64,000 nt of DNA from Shigella phage JK32, in sequence record MK962753.1. One strand, given 5' to 3'. Shown here piece after piece: positions 48,813 through 57,794 of the stretch (position 1 is its first letter; each line of letters begins with the position of its first letter). The notes under the pieces were generated by a model. The model made no database searches, had not been told where the DNA came from, and worked only from the letters and a program-made list of their open reading frames with translations. Made by a program: the position numbers and the translations under genes.

Positions 48813-49147
48813 TTGTAACCCTCCTCTGAAAGCACATCCCAGATCGTTGCATCAAGGTGCATTAAATTCCACATAATAGAGTCATAACTACCGAAGCCAG
48901 AAGTAAAAATTACATCACACTGGCGATAGGTCTTATGAAAATCGGTGGCTGTATCTGCATCAATAGGCATATCGTCACCGGAAAGCACCAGACATTTAAG
49001 AATCATAACTCTGTTAGCCGTTGGCGCTTGCTTAGTCTTTTCAGCATATTTTTCGATGATCCGTTTTGCCTTTTCTTCTTTGATACGTCCAGACCAAATC
49101 CGGTTTCGGTATTGATTCATAATAATTTCAATCACATCATTTTGCAT
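48809..49147 (-). CDS. hypothetical protein
   Basis: 112-aa ORF. Confidence 0.35.
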   Translation of the reverse strand: MQNDVIEIIMNQYRNRIWSGRIKEEKAKRIIEKYAEKTKQAPTANRVMILKCLVLSGDDMPIDADTATDFHKTYRQCDVIFTSGFGSYDSIMWNLMHLDATIWDVLSEEGYN

Positions 49148-49346
49148 TCTTCACGGTCTCCATAATTGTTTTGTAAGCCAGTTTAAGATGATCACCGAAA
49201 AACTTTGCAGTGTTACCCTTCGGATCGCGGAGCATGGTTTCTACGATCTCATCGGCAGTAACAATTTCTCCTTTCTTTGCTGCATGTCCTACCATATACT
49301 TCAAAGTTTCTTCGGAAGCAAGTGCTGCGGCTACTGGATTAATCAT
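49137..49346 (-). CDS. hypothetical protein
   Basis: 69-aa ORF. Confidence 0.35.
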   Translation of the reverse strand: MINPVAAALASEETLKYMVGHAAKKGEIVTADEIVETMLRDPKGNTAKFFGDHLKLAYKTIMETVKNAK

Positions 49347-49375
49347 TTTGATTCTCCTTTGTTGTCGATGTGTGC

Positions 49376-49404
49376 ATTATGCTATACCCTATTCCGGTTG
49401 TCAA
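49376..49404 (-). promoter_or_regulatory. early sigma70-like promoter (minus TTGACA 49404-49399, CATAAT 49381-49376)
   Basis: Direct reading, 17-nt spacer. Confidence 0.5.
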
Positions 49405-49408
49405 CACC

Positions 49409-49445
49409 TAAAAACGAAAAAAGCCACCCTTTCGGATGGCTTTTG
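49409..49445 (-). terminator. rho-independent terminator after the 712-aa gene
   Basis: GCCACCC/GGATGGC hairpin with T-run on minus strand. Confidence 0.45.
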
Positions 49446-49450
49446 ATTAA

Positions 49451-51589
49451 TTAAGGATTTCGGCCAGGGTAATGCTTAAATCGACCGTAACCAGTTTCAA
49501 TGCTCATATCTCGTTGACGCACAATCGCCCAATAACCGTTGCAGGAATCTTGAAGATATAGATCCTTACCTTTTAGGAACTCATTAAAAATAGTGATCTG
49601 CCAATCATAATAGACCGCATCAGCAAGACTACCCATCCAACCGTGCGGATCTTCCATCAGTTCGACAAGTTCATCAATTACCCAATATGGACAAGGGCTA
49701 AATTTACCCTTACTAAAATCGCTGAACATAGTAACGATCTTGACTTCCGGTCGAGGCTGATCGGGAATATCTGGACGTTTGTTAACTACGACTTGCACAT
49801 ATTTTGTGTAGCCTACAATTTCACCTTCATCTAAGTTAGTGTTATTGTTTTTGTCGGCAAATGCAACAAATTTGTAAACACCAGAATCGTTTAATGTTGC
49901 ATTAGCTTTACGATATACCGGAACACTGGAATCTGCAATAGGTAATTTAATACCACTTTTACTAAATTCATAGGTCGGCACATAGTTAGATGGCGGTTTA
50001 ATCATGGTTGCTTCCAGCACCAACGGATCACCCTCAGTAATTTGCACCGGATGCGGACCGTCAAATTCCATATTAGGAATTACTTCAACTTTATAGGTTG
50101 CACGTCCTGCAATATCATATCCGGTATGCGCACTATGAGGATCTCGGCTAGGGCTATCGCGATATTCATGAGACCAGATACCATTATGTTCTTTATCCGC
50201 CGCATCAGTAATCTTATATTCTTTCGTTTCAATCGGCAATTCTGTTACAAGAACATCGTTTTTCAAAATTGCTAACGAACGAGTTTGAGTCGGGTCATTA
50301 CTTGCTGGCGGTTCTGGATCAACAATTTTAATAACAATAGGTTCCCCAACCTCAATACCGCTATAATCATGCTCGACGTCATAGATATCTAACATACGGC
50401 GATCATAAAATAATGGGCGAGAAGTTGGAGTTCTCTGCGGATCATCATCACGCGCAGGAGCTACCAACAATTGCAGGGCTACACTATTATCATATTGCAA
50501 TTTCTCAAGACTAATACGGTCATAACCAGGATCACCATATTTCTTGCTTTGTAATTGCGTACCACCTAACATCCACGTAAAGTAGACATTATTTGTTAAT
50601 AAACCATAATGTCGGTTCCATGAATTATCAACAGGGGAAACTGGCATATCAATACTAACAGAAGACCCAGAAGGATAACGAAATTCAATAGCAGAAAAAT
50701 CTCGGCTAAAAAATTCGTTTTCCTTGACGTTAACGCGGAATCGATGGCGCTGACCATCCAGATACGATTCACTACTACCAGGACCATTTTCAACCTTATA
50801 GGAACGAATACAAGCGACATAATCACCTGCATCTGCTTCGGTAGCATGTTTCGTCACATATAAAGTTTTATTCTTTGATTCATAAACCAAAGTACCATCG
50901 CCACGTTCCAGACGATAACGAACTATGGTATGTTCAGCGTCATTTGGGGCATCGTCTTCTACAGTATAATAGGCAGGTGCATATTTTTGTACATTGAATA
51001 CAGCTAAATTTTCTCGAATTGTTGCTGTAAACGGATATACAAATTTAACATCACCTGTTTCGTCGCTTAATTCCATTCGATAAAGACCGGAAAATTCAGG
51101 CCATGCGAATTTTGCAATTTTAAATTCACGATGATCCAATCCCAAATCACCATCCACGGAATCAACTAGACCATTATTATAATACAAGTCAACAGAGATA
51201 TTAGCAGGAATATTACTACGAAAAACAATTTTCGCTTTAAGTTCATCACCAATATTAAATGATGTCGGAGGATATACATGTTCAACATATGGATTATCAA
51301 ATAACTTAAATGTAAAGTTTTCCGTGCCAATATCGATAGAATCACCACTAAATGATGTGTCGCCTAGCGCATAACCTCGAACGTTTACAGACCATCCGGT
51401 AACATCGTCTTCTTTAACGGAATCCAATGTAAATGTCGGAGAGGCACTTGTTGCTATAATCTGGTCATTTTTCTTCCAGACATAACCTTTTTTCGGTTTT
51501 GTTGAATCAGGGCTTTCATCAACAATACAGCAGCTAAAATCGTGCGGCATCCAAATCATATTATTGACCGTGGTGTTTACTACTGCCAT
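49451..51589 (-). CDS. large protein with probable Ig-like repeats (possible virion decoration or fibre protein)
   Basis: 712-aa ORF; recurring D.G.Y...F/C segments (DAGDYVACIRSY, DSGVYKFVAF) suggest Ig-like beta-sandwiches; inference. Confidence 0.35.
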   Translation of the reverse strand: MAVVNTTVNNMIWMPHDFSCCIVDESPDSTKPKKGYVWKKNDQIIATSASPTFTLDSVKEDDVTGWSVNVRGYALGDTSFSGDSIDIGTENFTFKLFDNPYVEHVYPPTSFNIGDELKAKIVFRSNIPANISVDLYYNNGLVDSVDGDLGLDHREFKIAKFAWPEFSGLYRMELSDETGDVKFVYPFTATIRENLAVFNVQKYAPAYYTVEDDAPNDAEHTIVRYRLERGDGTLVYESKNKTLYVTKHATEADAGDYVACIRSYKVENGPGSSESYLDGQRHRFRVNVKENEFFSRDFSAIEFRYPSGSSVSIDMPVSPVDNSWNRHYGLLTNNVYFTWMLGGTQLQSKKYGDPGYDRISLEKLQYDNSVALQLLVAPARDDDPQRTPTSRPLFYDRRMLDIYDVEHDYSGIEVGEPIVIKIVDPEPPASNDPTQTRSLAILKNDVLVTELPIETKEYKITDAADKEHNGIWSHEYRDSPSRDPHSAHTGYDIAGRATYKVEVIPNMEFDGPHPVQITEGDPLVLEATMIKPPSNYVPTYEFSKSGIKLPIADSSVPVYRKANATLNDSGVYKFVAFADKNNNTNLDEGEIVGYTKYVQVVVNKRPDIPDQPRPEVKIVTMFSDFSKGKFSPCPYWVIDELVELMEDPHGWMGSLADAVYYDWQITIFNEFLKGKDLYLQDSCNGYWAIVRQRDMSIETGYGRFKHYPGRNP

Positions 51590-51610
51590 GAATCCTCCTT
51601 ATAACTGAAA

Positions 51611-52009
51611 TTAAGCCAGTCGAGTGAGTTTATAAATGGTTTTAAAGCATAGAACTTTGATATCGTCTAAAACGCTCTGCAACGAGCTATCAACATCATT
51701 ATAAATCTCACTAGCCATTTGCGTTAACTCTTGCAAATAGGCAATTTCGCTAATCTCCTTGCGGACGACCAACGTTGGCTGATACCGACCAGTGATCCCA
51801 ATATTGGTTTCTGTGAAATTATCAACCAATTCTTGCATTTCAAGATAGAACTCTTCTAGAGCCTTATGTTTTGAATAAGACCCAGGTCCAGTTACCCCAA
51901 AATGCGCAGAATGCATATAAGTAACGCTCATTAGGCATTCACCAATAAAGCGGTCTACTTTATTAGCTTTTCCTTCCTCGGAAGTCTGCCTAAATTCACT
52001 GAATTTCAT
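51611..52009 (-). CDS. hypothetical protein, possibly ferritin/Dps-like
   Basis: Start set at MKFSEF after GGAG; MHSAHFGVTGPGSYSKHKALEEFYLEMQE loosely resembles Dps ferroxidase region. Confidence 0.3.
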   Translation of the reverse strand: MKFSEFRQTSEEGKANKVDRFIGECLMSVTYMHSAHFGVTGPGSYSKHKALEEFYLEMQELVDNFTETNIGITGRYQPTLVVRKEISEIAYLQELTQMASEIYNDVDSSLQSVLDDIKVLCFKTIYKLTRLA

Positions 52010-52295
52010 TATATCGATTCTCCATTTTATTAAGCACAATAAATTGATTTGCGGCATACTCTCCCATCATGAAACAATGTTTAGCATCCATACATTTACT
52101 ACGTGCGTATGTTTTCATTATGTGGTCATGAAATTTTTGACTTGTCTCCACCGATGGTTGTATTTTGTTTATATACACGATCATAGCACCGTCGAAGTAA
52201 TCAGTAAAGTCACCAACAGGACATTGATCGGCACTTACGCTACCAACTGCCATAACGCATATACCCGCAACGAGTGTTTTACGAATAAATGACAT
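51996..52295 (-). CDS. secreted/periplasmic small protein (N-terminal signal-like segment)
   Basis: 99-aa ORF starting MSFIRKTLVAGICVMAVGSVSA. Confidence 0.4.
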   Translation of the reverse strand: MSFIRKTLVAGICVMAVGSVSADQCPVGDFTDYFDGAMIVYINKIQPSVETSQKFHDHIMKTYARSKCMDAKHCFMMGEYAANQFIVLNKMENRYNEIQ

Positions 52296-52327
52296 AAGTC
52301 ATTCCCCCAGATTAAAAATTTCAAGTA

Positions 52328-52335
52328 TATTTATA
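52328..52335 (-). promoter_or_regulatory. late promoter consensus TATAAATA
   Basis: Exact TATAAATA on minus strand about 33 nt upstream of start at 52295. Confidence 0.4.
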
Positions 52336-52356
52336 ATCTGGGGATATATTTACGCC

Positions 52357-52953
52357 TTAGTGGATAGATCCATCAATAAAATGTTTACGACAAACAGAAA
52401 CATATTTATCCTCTGCACCAACTTCTATTTGAGCACCATCGCGAATAACATTACCATCTTTATCTACGCGAAGGACCATAGTCGCTTTCTTGCCACAATG
52501 ACAAATACCCTTCATTTCGACCAGTTTATCAGCCAATGCCATTAATGCCGCAGATCCTTCAAATAGATTGCCCTGAAAGTCAGTGCGAAGGCCATAACAC
52601 AAAACAGGGATATTGGCATCATCAACCAGTGCACATAAGCCTAAAACATGTTCTTTAGTCATAAATTGGGCTTCATCTACAAATACAGCATCTGGACGCC
52701 AGCGATCCGGTCTACGCTTACCGAGTGATTCACGATAAACCAAGTCGAAAAGATCATCAGATTTAGTGAATGTGATCGCTGGAGCACTTAGACCAATTCG
52801 GGAAACAACTTCACTTTCTGAATCTCGATTATCAATCGCTGGTTTAAGAATTAATACTCGCATATCACGTTCGGTATAGTTATAAGCACTTTGTAATAAG
52901 GAAGTAGACTTACCAGCGTTCATAGATGCATAGTAGAAGTATAGTTGTGCCAT
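52357..52953 (-). CDS. tk: thymidine kinase
   Basis: 198-aa ORF; MNAGKST P-loop and C-terminal Cys cluster typical of TK1-type kinases. Confidence 0.85.
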   Translation of the reverse strand: MAQLYFYYASMNAGKSTSLLQSAYNYTERDMRVLILKPAIDNRDSESEVVSRIGLSAPAITFTKSDDLFDLVYRESLGKRRPDRWRPDAVFVDEAQFMTKEHVLGLCALVDDANIPVLCYGLRTDFQGNLFEGSAALMALADKLVEMKGICHCGKKATMVLRVDKDGNVIRDGAQIEVGAEDKYVSVCRKHFIDGSIH

Positions 52954-53246
52954 TAATTAATCTCCAAAAATCCAGAAAGACCTAAACCAACATAAACCCA
53001 GATACAAAGGAAAAAGAAGCAAACACCCATAGCAAAGATAAATCCGCGTAGTGTCTTTGGATAACCTACCCAATATTCCCGACCATCTTCTAACCGGATC
53101 AGTCTATTGCCTTGAGAGTCCATATCAATTACAACATGTTTATTTCTGGATTGTAACAGATATTGCTTGACAATCTCAATACCCGCCATAATAACAATAA
53201 CGAAATTAAAAGTCCACATAACAAGGTTAATGATAGTCTCAAGCAT
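52953..53246 (-). CDS. small membrane protein
   Basis: 97-aa ORF with two hydrophobic segments. Confidence 0.35.
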   Translation of the reverse strand: MLETIINLVMWTFNFVIVIMAGIEIVKQYLLQSRNKHVVIDMDSQGNRLIRLEDGREYWVGYPKTLRGFIFAMGVCFFFLCIWVYVGLGLSGFLEIN

Positions 53247-53481
53247 TTTCTATCACCTCCACCCAATCAGGCGTTTCCTGAAATACTCCTTCGCCTTCGT
53301 GGTGGATGCATCCTTTATTGCTACAATACATCCACCAATCCCACATTCCCCACGGTAAACGCTGCATATCGTCGTTACAGCAAGTGAAGACAATAGGCCA
53401 ACCACATCTACCACAACGGCAGTTTTCCTTCATGTGAGCGGTATTAGGCTTCTTCATAGATGACTCCAATATAATCGACAT
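53239..53481 (-). CDS. Cys-rich small protein
   Basis: 80-aa ORF with CRCGRCGW and CC pairs. Confidence 0.35.
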   Translation of the reverse strand: MSIILESSMKKPNTAHMKENCRCGRCGWPIVFTCCNDDMQRLPWGMWDWWMYCSNKGCIHHEGEGVFQETPDWVEVIENA

Positions 53482-53684
53482 TTACATTTAGGGCAATGCG
53501 GTTCTTTAATATAATACCCGTCTGTCTTTGGAACACTAACAGGAGCGGTTTTTATATTGTATTCAGTGAAACAGCGAAAACAAGTTACGTTTTCTACAGA
53601 CTGACGTTTCACCCAATCACCGGAATATAGATCATTTTTATTTGTCATATTCAACCACCACAATATTGATATCTGGAGTAGCAA
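53454..53684 (-). CDS. zinc-ribbon small protein
   Basis: CFRC...CPKCKC. Confidence 0.35.
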   Translation of the reverse strand: MLLQISILWWLNMTNKNDLYSGDWVKRQSVENVTCFRCFTEYNIKTAPVSVPKTDGYYIKEPHCPKCKCRLYWSHL

Positions 53685-54093
53685 TATTAATGATCTCTTC
53701 TACACATTCCCACTCAAGGCCACCGATACCGCAACCGATTTTAGGAATATAGAAAGGCTGTATAGCACCTTCAAAAACATCATTGATAGTCTCAAATCCT
53801 TTCAGGATAGCACCATATTCAGCATTTGGACCAGGCCGGAATTGGGTATAGAGATTCACCCCGCACCAGTTATAACCATTAACTTGATGCGTCCAGACAC
53901 TAAACCCACCCAGCTTTTCTACCTTACCGCGAGAAGTTTGCTTGTCAATTTCTAACGCTTGCGGGAACTCTTTCGCGATCTTTGCAGCAATACCAGCGCC
54001 CATAGTATGAAAACAATTACAACCATGAATTAAATGACCGTTTCCTTGTTTAAACAGGGCGATGAGATCGCCCTTTACAGTATCAATAATCAT
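53638..54093 (-). CDS. macro-domain-like protein (putative ADP-ribose binding/processing)
   Basis: 151-aa ORF; HGCNCFHTMGAGIAAKI and IPKIGCGIGG segments resemble macro-domain glycine-rich loops; by eye only. Confidence 0.45.
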   Translation of the reverse strand: MIIDTVKGDLIALFKQGNGHLIHGCNCFHTMGAGIAAKIAKEFPQALEIDKQTSRGKVEKLGGFSVWTHQVNGYNWCGVNLYTQFRPGPNAEYGAILKGFETINDVFEGAIQPFYIPKIGCGIGGLEWECVEEIINIATPDINIVVVEYDK

Positions 54094-54108
54094 AATATAA
54101 ACCTCTCA

Positions 54109-54468
54109 TTAGTCACGGGATGACAACCCAGCCATAAAACGGCTTAACAGTGTGTCGCGATAAGCAAAGCACAATTGCTTATCAGGGGCAGTATCACACA
54201 GGTTGCGTTTTGTTTTAGCAAAGCTGGCAATACTAAGATCCCATGCTCGATTTTTTCGTTTTTCGTCTCGACCTTGTTTGTATGCTTCGTCGAGTTCAAG
54301 TGCGATAAAATCGCTACACATGTTATCATTATCACAGAAGGTTTTAATGATCTTTTTGTTGATCTCAAATCCTTTGTATTCGAACTTTGGATAAGGGCGC
54401 TCATTACTAGCAAGCGCACCAGCCGAGAACATCATAGCAATCATAGCAATTATTGTCAACTTTTTCAT
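54109..54468 (-). CDS. secreted small protein
   Basis: 119-aa ORF with signal-like N-terminus MKKLTIIAMIAMMFSAGALA. Confidence 0.4.
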   Translation of the reverse strand: MKKLTIIAMIAMMFSAGALASNERPYPKFEYKGFEINKKIIKTFCDNDNMCSDFIALELDEAYKQGRDEKRKNRAWDLSIASFAKTKRNLCDTAPDKQLCFAYRDTLLSRFMAGLSSRD

Positions 54469-54475
54469 ATATTCC

Positions 54476-55066
54476 TCAATAGCGTTTAGTTTTAAGAATG
54501 CCTTTACTCTTTAGATGGTTAGCCTTTTTTAGTACGTCATCAGCATAACCCAATCCGGCTTTATAGTTCCATCCAGCATTGTAAGAAGCTAGCGCGAGTC
54601 GGATATTACCGTTTCGAACATCCAGCCAGTATGCTAACTCATCCATCGCGTAGAATGCAGAAACCTCGCGATTCATGATAAAGTTGATAGTCTGGCGATC
54701 ACTCATTTTAACACCGCGCTTTGCATTTTTCGCTTTCACCGTTTTAAGGTAATTTTGAAATAATCCATAAGCATGATGATTTTTCTTTGGTGCTAAGTTT
54801 GCACCCGCGCTTGATTCTTGCCATGCGATACCCGCCATGATGTGACCTAAACCCTTTCCGTTATAGCGAATATTCGGATGGTCATGTTTCAACTTACCGC
54901 TTTTCTCGAATTGTTCGCCGTATTGATAGGCGAAATGTAAATTATCTAGTTGGTGTGCTGTAAAGTTGTCTATCGGCGCTTTTTTGATCGGTGCGCTAGT
55001 CGATGCGTGTGTAGCACCAACGGCTAGTGACAGACTCAATACTATCGCTTTTAGAACTTTTAACAT
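54476..55066 (-). CDS. secreted lytic transglycosylase (SLT domain)
   Basis: Signal-like N-terminus; SLT signature motifs IAWQESS, AYGLFQ and SYNAGW. Confidence 0.7.
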   Translation of the reverse strand: MLKVLKAIVLSLSLAVGATHASTSAPIKKAPIDNFTAHQLDNLHFAYQYGEQFEKSGKLKHDHPNIRYNGKGLGHIMAGIAWQESSAGANLAPKKNHHAYGLFQNYLKTVKAKNAKRGVKMSDRQTINFIMNREVSAFYAMDELAYWLDVRNGNIRLALASYNAGWNYKAGLGYADDVLKKANHLKSKGILKTKRY

Positions 55067-55151
55067 TAATTTCTCCTGTTTGGTTTAACTTTCTGATTCC
55101 ATAATATAGCCCTATCACCAGAAAGTCAAGCATTAATTTAACCAATTTCCA

Positions 55152-55574
55152 TTATTGGTCCACTTTCAAAACAACAGCCGACATTTTACCCGCCAGTCGT
55201 TTTGGATTCTCTATAATCATTCGACAGCATAGACCGTGATATGGCTTACCGTCTTCAATTAGGTCTACTGTCATCCCGATCCACATGTTACCGTCAGTAA
55301 TTTCTAATCGATTAGGTCGGTCTTCCATTTTCAGGAAGTCGAAGATCTCCGGCAAACGAGTCTCTACCTTATTGAATAGTTCCATTGTCTTATGTTCATC
55401 AATATGACGGTCGGTTAATCTGTCGATCATATGCGGACTAAAGCGAATGAAAATATACTCACCGTAACCATCATTCAAGCACTTTTCTTTGATCTGCGCA
55501 TTGGTTTTGCGCATTTCGGTTTCGAAGAATCTACGCAGCTTACTACGGCGAACGTGTACATTAATTGTTTCCAT
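55152..55574 (-). CDS. hypothetical protein
   Basis: Start set at METINVHV after AAGGAG; ORF track extends to 55646. Confidence 0.35.
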   Translation of the reverse strand: METINVHVRRSKLRRFFETEMRKTNAQIKEKCLNDGYGEYIFIRFSPHMIDRLTDRHIDEHKTMELFNKVETRLPEIFDFLKMEDRPNRLEITDGNMWIGMTVDLIEDGKPYHGLCCRMIIENPKRLAGKMSAVVLKVDQ

Positions 55575-55575
55575 T

Positions 55576-55914
55576 TTATTCTCCTTTCTTAAACAAATTG
55601 CGAAGCCAGTATACAAACGGGATTTCTTTAAACTTGAACTTGTCAATAGTTAATTCTTTAGTAGCAAGATGAATACCATAAGCATCATGTGTCACGATAT
55701 GCCATTTTCTATAGTCCAAATGTGAACAACCGTCTGAATCTAGGTTAATAATAGTTTCTCGCTCACTAGGATTGTTTTTCCACAATTTTGTAATCGGATC
55801 ACACATAATTCGACCTAGCGTACCATGAATAATCTCACAACGGTAAAGTTTTCCGGCAGTGATATAGGCACACCCGTCATAGTCGGTATAAACAAACACT
55901 TCTTTAACACTCAT
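55576..55914 (-). CDS. hypothetical protein (small YxF-motif paralog)
   Basis: 112-aa ORF. Confidence 0.35.
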   Translation of the reverse strand: MSVKEVFVYTDYDGCAYITAGKLYRCEIIHGTLGRIMCDPITKLWKNNPSERETIINLDSDGCSHLDYRKWHIVTHDAYGIHLATKELTIDKFKFKEIPFVYWLRNLFKKGE

Positions 55915-55940
55915 TTTTAATACTCCTTTGTTGTGTCGAT

Positions 55941-55975
55941 GGGGGTATATTACTACCCCCGATCATGGGTGTCAA
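55941..55975 (-). promoter_or_regulatory. early promoter with stem-loop (GGGGGTA/TACCCCC; minus TTGACA 55975-55970)
   Basis: Direct reading, 17-nt spacer. Confidence 0.45.
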
Positions 55976-56236
55976 CTACTTTTTCAAGAATTTTTTAATT
56001 GCGTTCCAAAGACCTTTATTCTCAGGCTGTTTTGGTTCTTCGATCAGTGTCCACGGACGGTCGTCAAGATATGCACAGCTTTTCAGAGAAATAAAAAGTT
56101 TGTATCCTTTATCATCTTTGATGTAACCGTAGGTAGACATTCTTTCATCTGGCGTAAACTTATACAGTTTATTTGGGGTGATGTAAGATCTACTACTATA
56201 AGGTGTCATTACATATTTCATGGTACTAACTCCCAT
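55976..56236 (-). CDS. hypothetical protein (small paralog)
   Basis: 86-aa ORF; similar to 56218-56412 product (YxFTP...GYI.DD.G). Confidence 0.35.
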   Translation of the reverse strand: MGVSTMKYVMTPYSSRSYITPNKLYKFTPDERMSTYGYIKDDKGYKLFISLKSCAYLDDRPWTLIEEPKQPENKGLWNAIKKFLKK

Positions 56237-56412
56237 TTATCACCGCGAAGATGAGAACATCCACCATCAAGAAGGATCGTAATACGAAACCCCGCATCAT
56301 CTTCAATATACCCGATAGTCGGTGGATGTTCGTCGTCTCGTGCCGGGGTAAAATCATACATCTTACCAGGCGTAATATCTTGTCCTTTATTGCTATTGGT
56401 ATAAACTTGCAT
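56218..56412 (-). CDS. hypothetical protein (small paralog)
   Basis: 64-aa ORF. Confidence 0.35.
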   Translation of the reverse strand: MQVYTNSNKGQDITPGKMYDFTPARDDEHPPTIGYIEDDAGFRITILLDGGCSHLRGDKWELVP

Positions 56413-56433
56413 TTTCTTAATCTCCTATATTAA

Positions 56434-57132
56434 CTAACCACGGGTATAGTGTTCCAGAACAACTGTCAGATGAATATATTCTAATAGATCTTTCCAAAAG
56501 TCAACATCTGGTTCTTCCGGCATACCGTTTTTCTTTGCCTCTTCACGCGCGAGTTTAACACGTTCGTAGAGATCTTTCAATTCTTCCCGCACATTATCAA
56601 ATGTTCTTTCTCCTAACTTACACGCTAAAATAGAAGAACGTCGCGCGAGCGGGAATTGTAGATCACCAGTTTGATAGATTTCAAGTAGCTGATAACCAAC
56701 ACGCAGAGCATGAGAAAGATCTTTCCAGTTACTGAAATATTTTTCAGATTTGACTACCTGCTTTTTGAGATAACCAGACAAACCCCACATACCAACATGA
56801 TAGAATTTATCGCGATGTGTTCGGATGTATTCCCATTCTCTGGAGGATTCAATCAACATGTTACTAGGCGCGTGCACCATATCAATAGCGCCGATATCAC
56901 CTTTACATGCCAGATTGATAAACCGTTTTAGACTGAACATATTAACATCAATATCGTCTTTGGTGTTCTTGATACCTTGACCGCTAGTGCTTTGGTCATA
57001 GTGTTCTTTCATCGATCCTAAGATAATTTCTTTCGCAGTCGGAACAAAGATACCACGATAATCTTTATCTGAATTTTCAGTATCAAGACCGTATAAGTGA
57101 GATCCGAAGACCATTTTAACCATTGTATGCAT
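56434..57132 (-). CDS. putative nucleotidyltransferase (Pol-beta superfamily-like)
   Basis: N-terminal GSHLYGLDTENSDKDYRGIF fits the G[SG]x9-13Dx[DE] nucleotidyltransferase signature. Confidence 0.45.
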   Translation of the reverse strand: MHTMVKMVFGSHLYGLDTENSDKDYRGIFVPTAKEIILGSMKEHYDQSTSGQGIKNTKDDIDVNMFSLKRFINLACKGDIGAIDMVHAPSNMLIESSREWEYIRTHRDKFYHVGMWGLSGYLKKQVVKSEKYFSNWKDLSHALRVGYQLLEIYQTGDLQFPLARRSSILACKLGERTFDNVREELKDLYERVKLAREEAKKNGMPEEPDVDFWKDLLEYIHLTVVLEHYTRG

Positions 57133-57150
57133 AATTAAACCCTCATGTTA

Positions 57151-57744
57151 TTAAACGTATTCAGCAACAACATTATGTTTAAAATTACCGCTCATTTTTG
57201 GATTTGGATTTTTCAATCGACTATGTATTAAATTTTTGTTGTATCCGGTTGCTTTAGACGCTTCGCCAATACTTTGATAAACAACACCATTAACACGAAT
57301 CGGACGAGACTTATTAAACAGTTTATTCAATCCGGCATCATATGCATGGTTTTGGTTTTCTTGTCTCGTTGCGATCTCAAGATTCCAAACACAATTACAA
57401 GATTTTACCCCACTTTTATGATTAATTTCAAGCCCTTCACAATCACCTATAAAGTGTTCAGCGACTAGTCTATGAATATAGCGATATTTCTTAGTTTCCC
57501 CGTCATGCAAGCATACATTATAATAACCATCACCAGCGCGTTTAGGTCGGAGTAGTTTACCTTTAACACGTTTTATAGTAGGGAACTCACCAAATTGATT
57601 TCGCTGGACAAACGAAATCTCGCGGTCTAATGAACGGATTCGACCATAGTTAGACACTTGATAAAAACTTTCATAGCCTTTAATTGGCTTCCATATCTCA
57701 GGGATTTCTACACCATCAATAACAACAAGTTTAAATTCTTCCAT
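57151..57744 (-). CDS. free-standing HNH endonuclease (NUMOD4-like N-terminus)
   Basis: YQVSNYGRIRS segment plus HRLVAEHF...INHKSG...N HNH core. Confidence 0.6.
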   Translation of the reverse strand: MEEFKLVVIDGVEIPEIWKPIKGYESFYQVSNYGRIRSLDREISFVQRNQFGEFPTIKRVKGKLLRPKRAGDGYYNVCLHDGETKKYRYIHRLVAEHFIGDCEGLEINHKSGVKSCNCVWNLEIATRQENQNHAYDAGLNKLFNKSRPIRVNGVVYQSIGEASKATGYNKNLIHSRLKNPNPKMSGNFKHNVVAEYV

Positions 57745-57753
57745 ATTTCACCT

Positions 57754-57789
57754 CATAAAAAAATAAAGCCAACCCTTTCGGATTGGCTT
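57754..57789 (-). terminator. rho-independent terminator (stem AAGCCAA/TTGGCTT plus T-run)
   Basis: Hairpin and T-run on minus strand after GrcA-like gene. Confidence 0.45.
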
Positions 57790-57794
57790 GTCGA

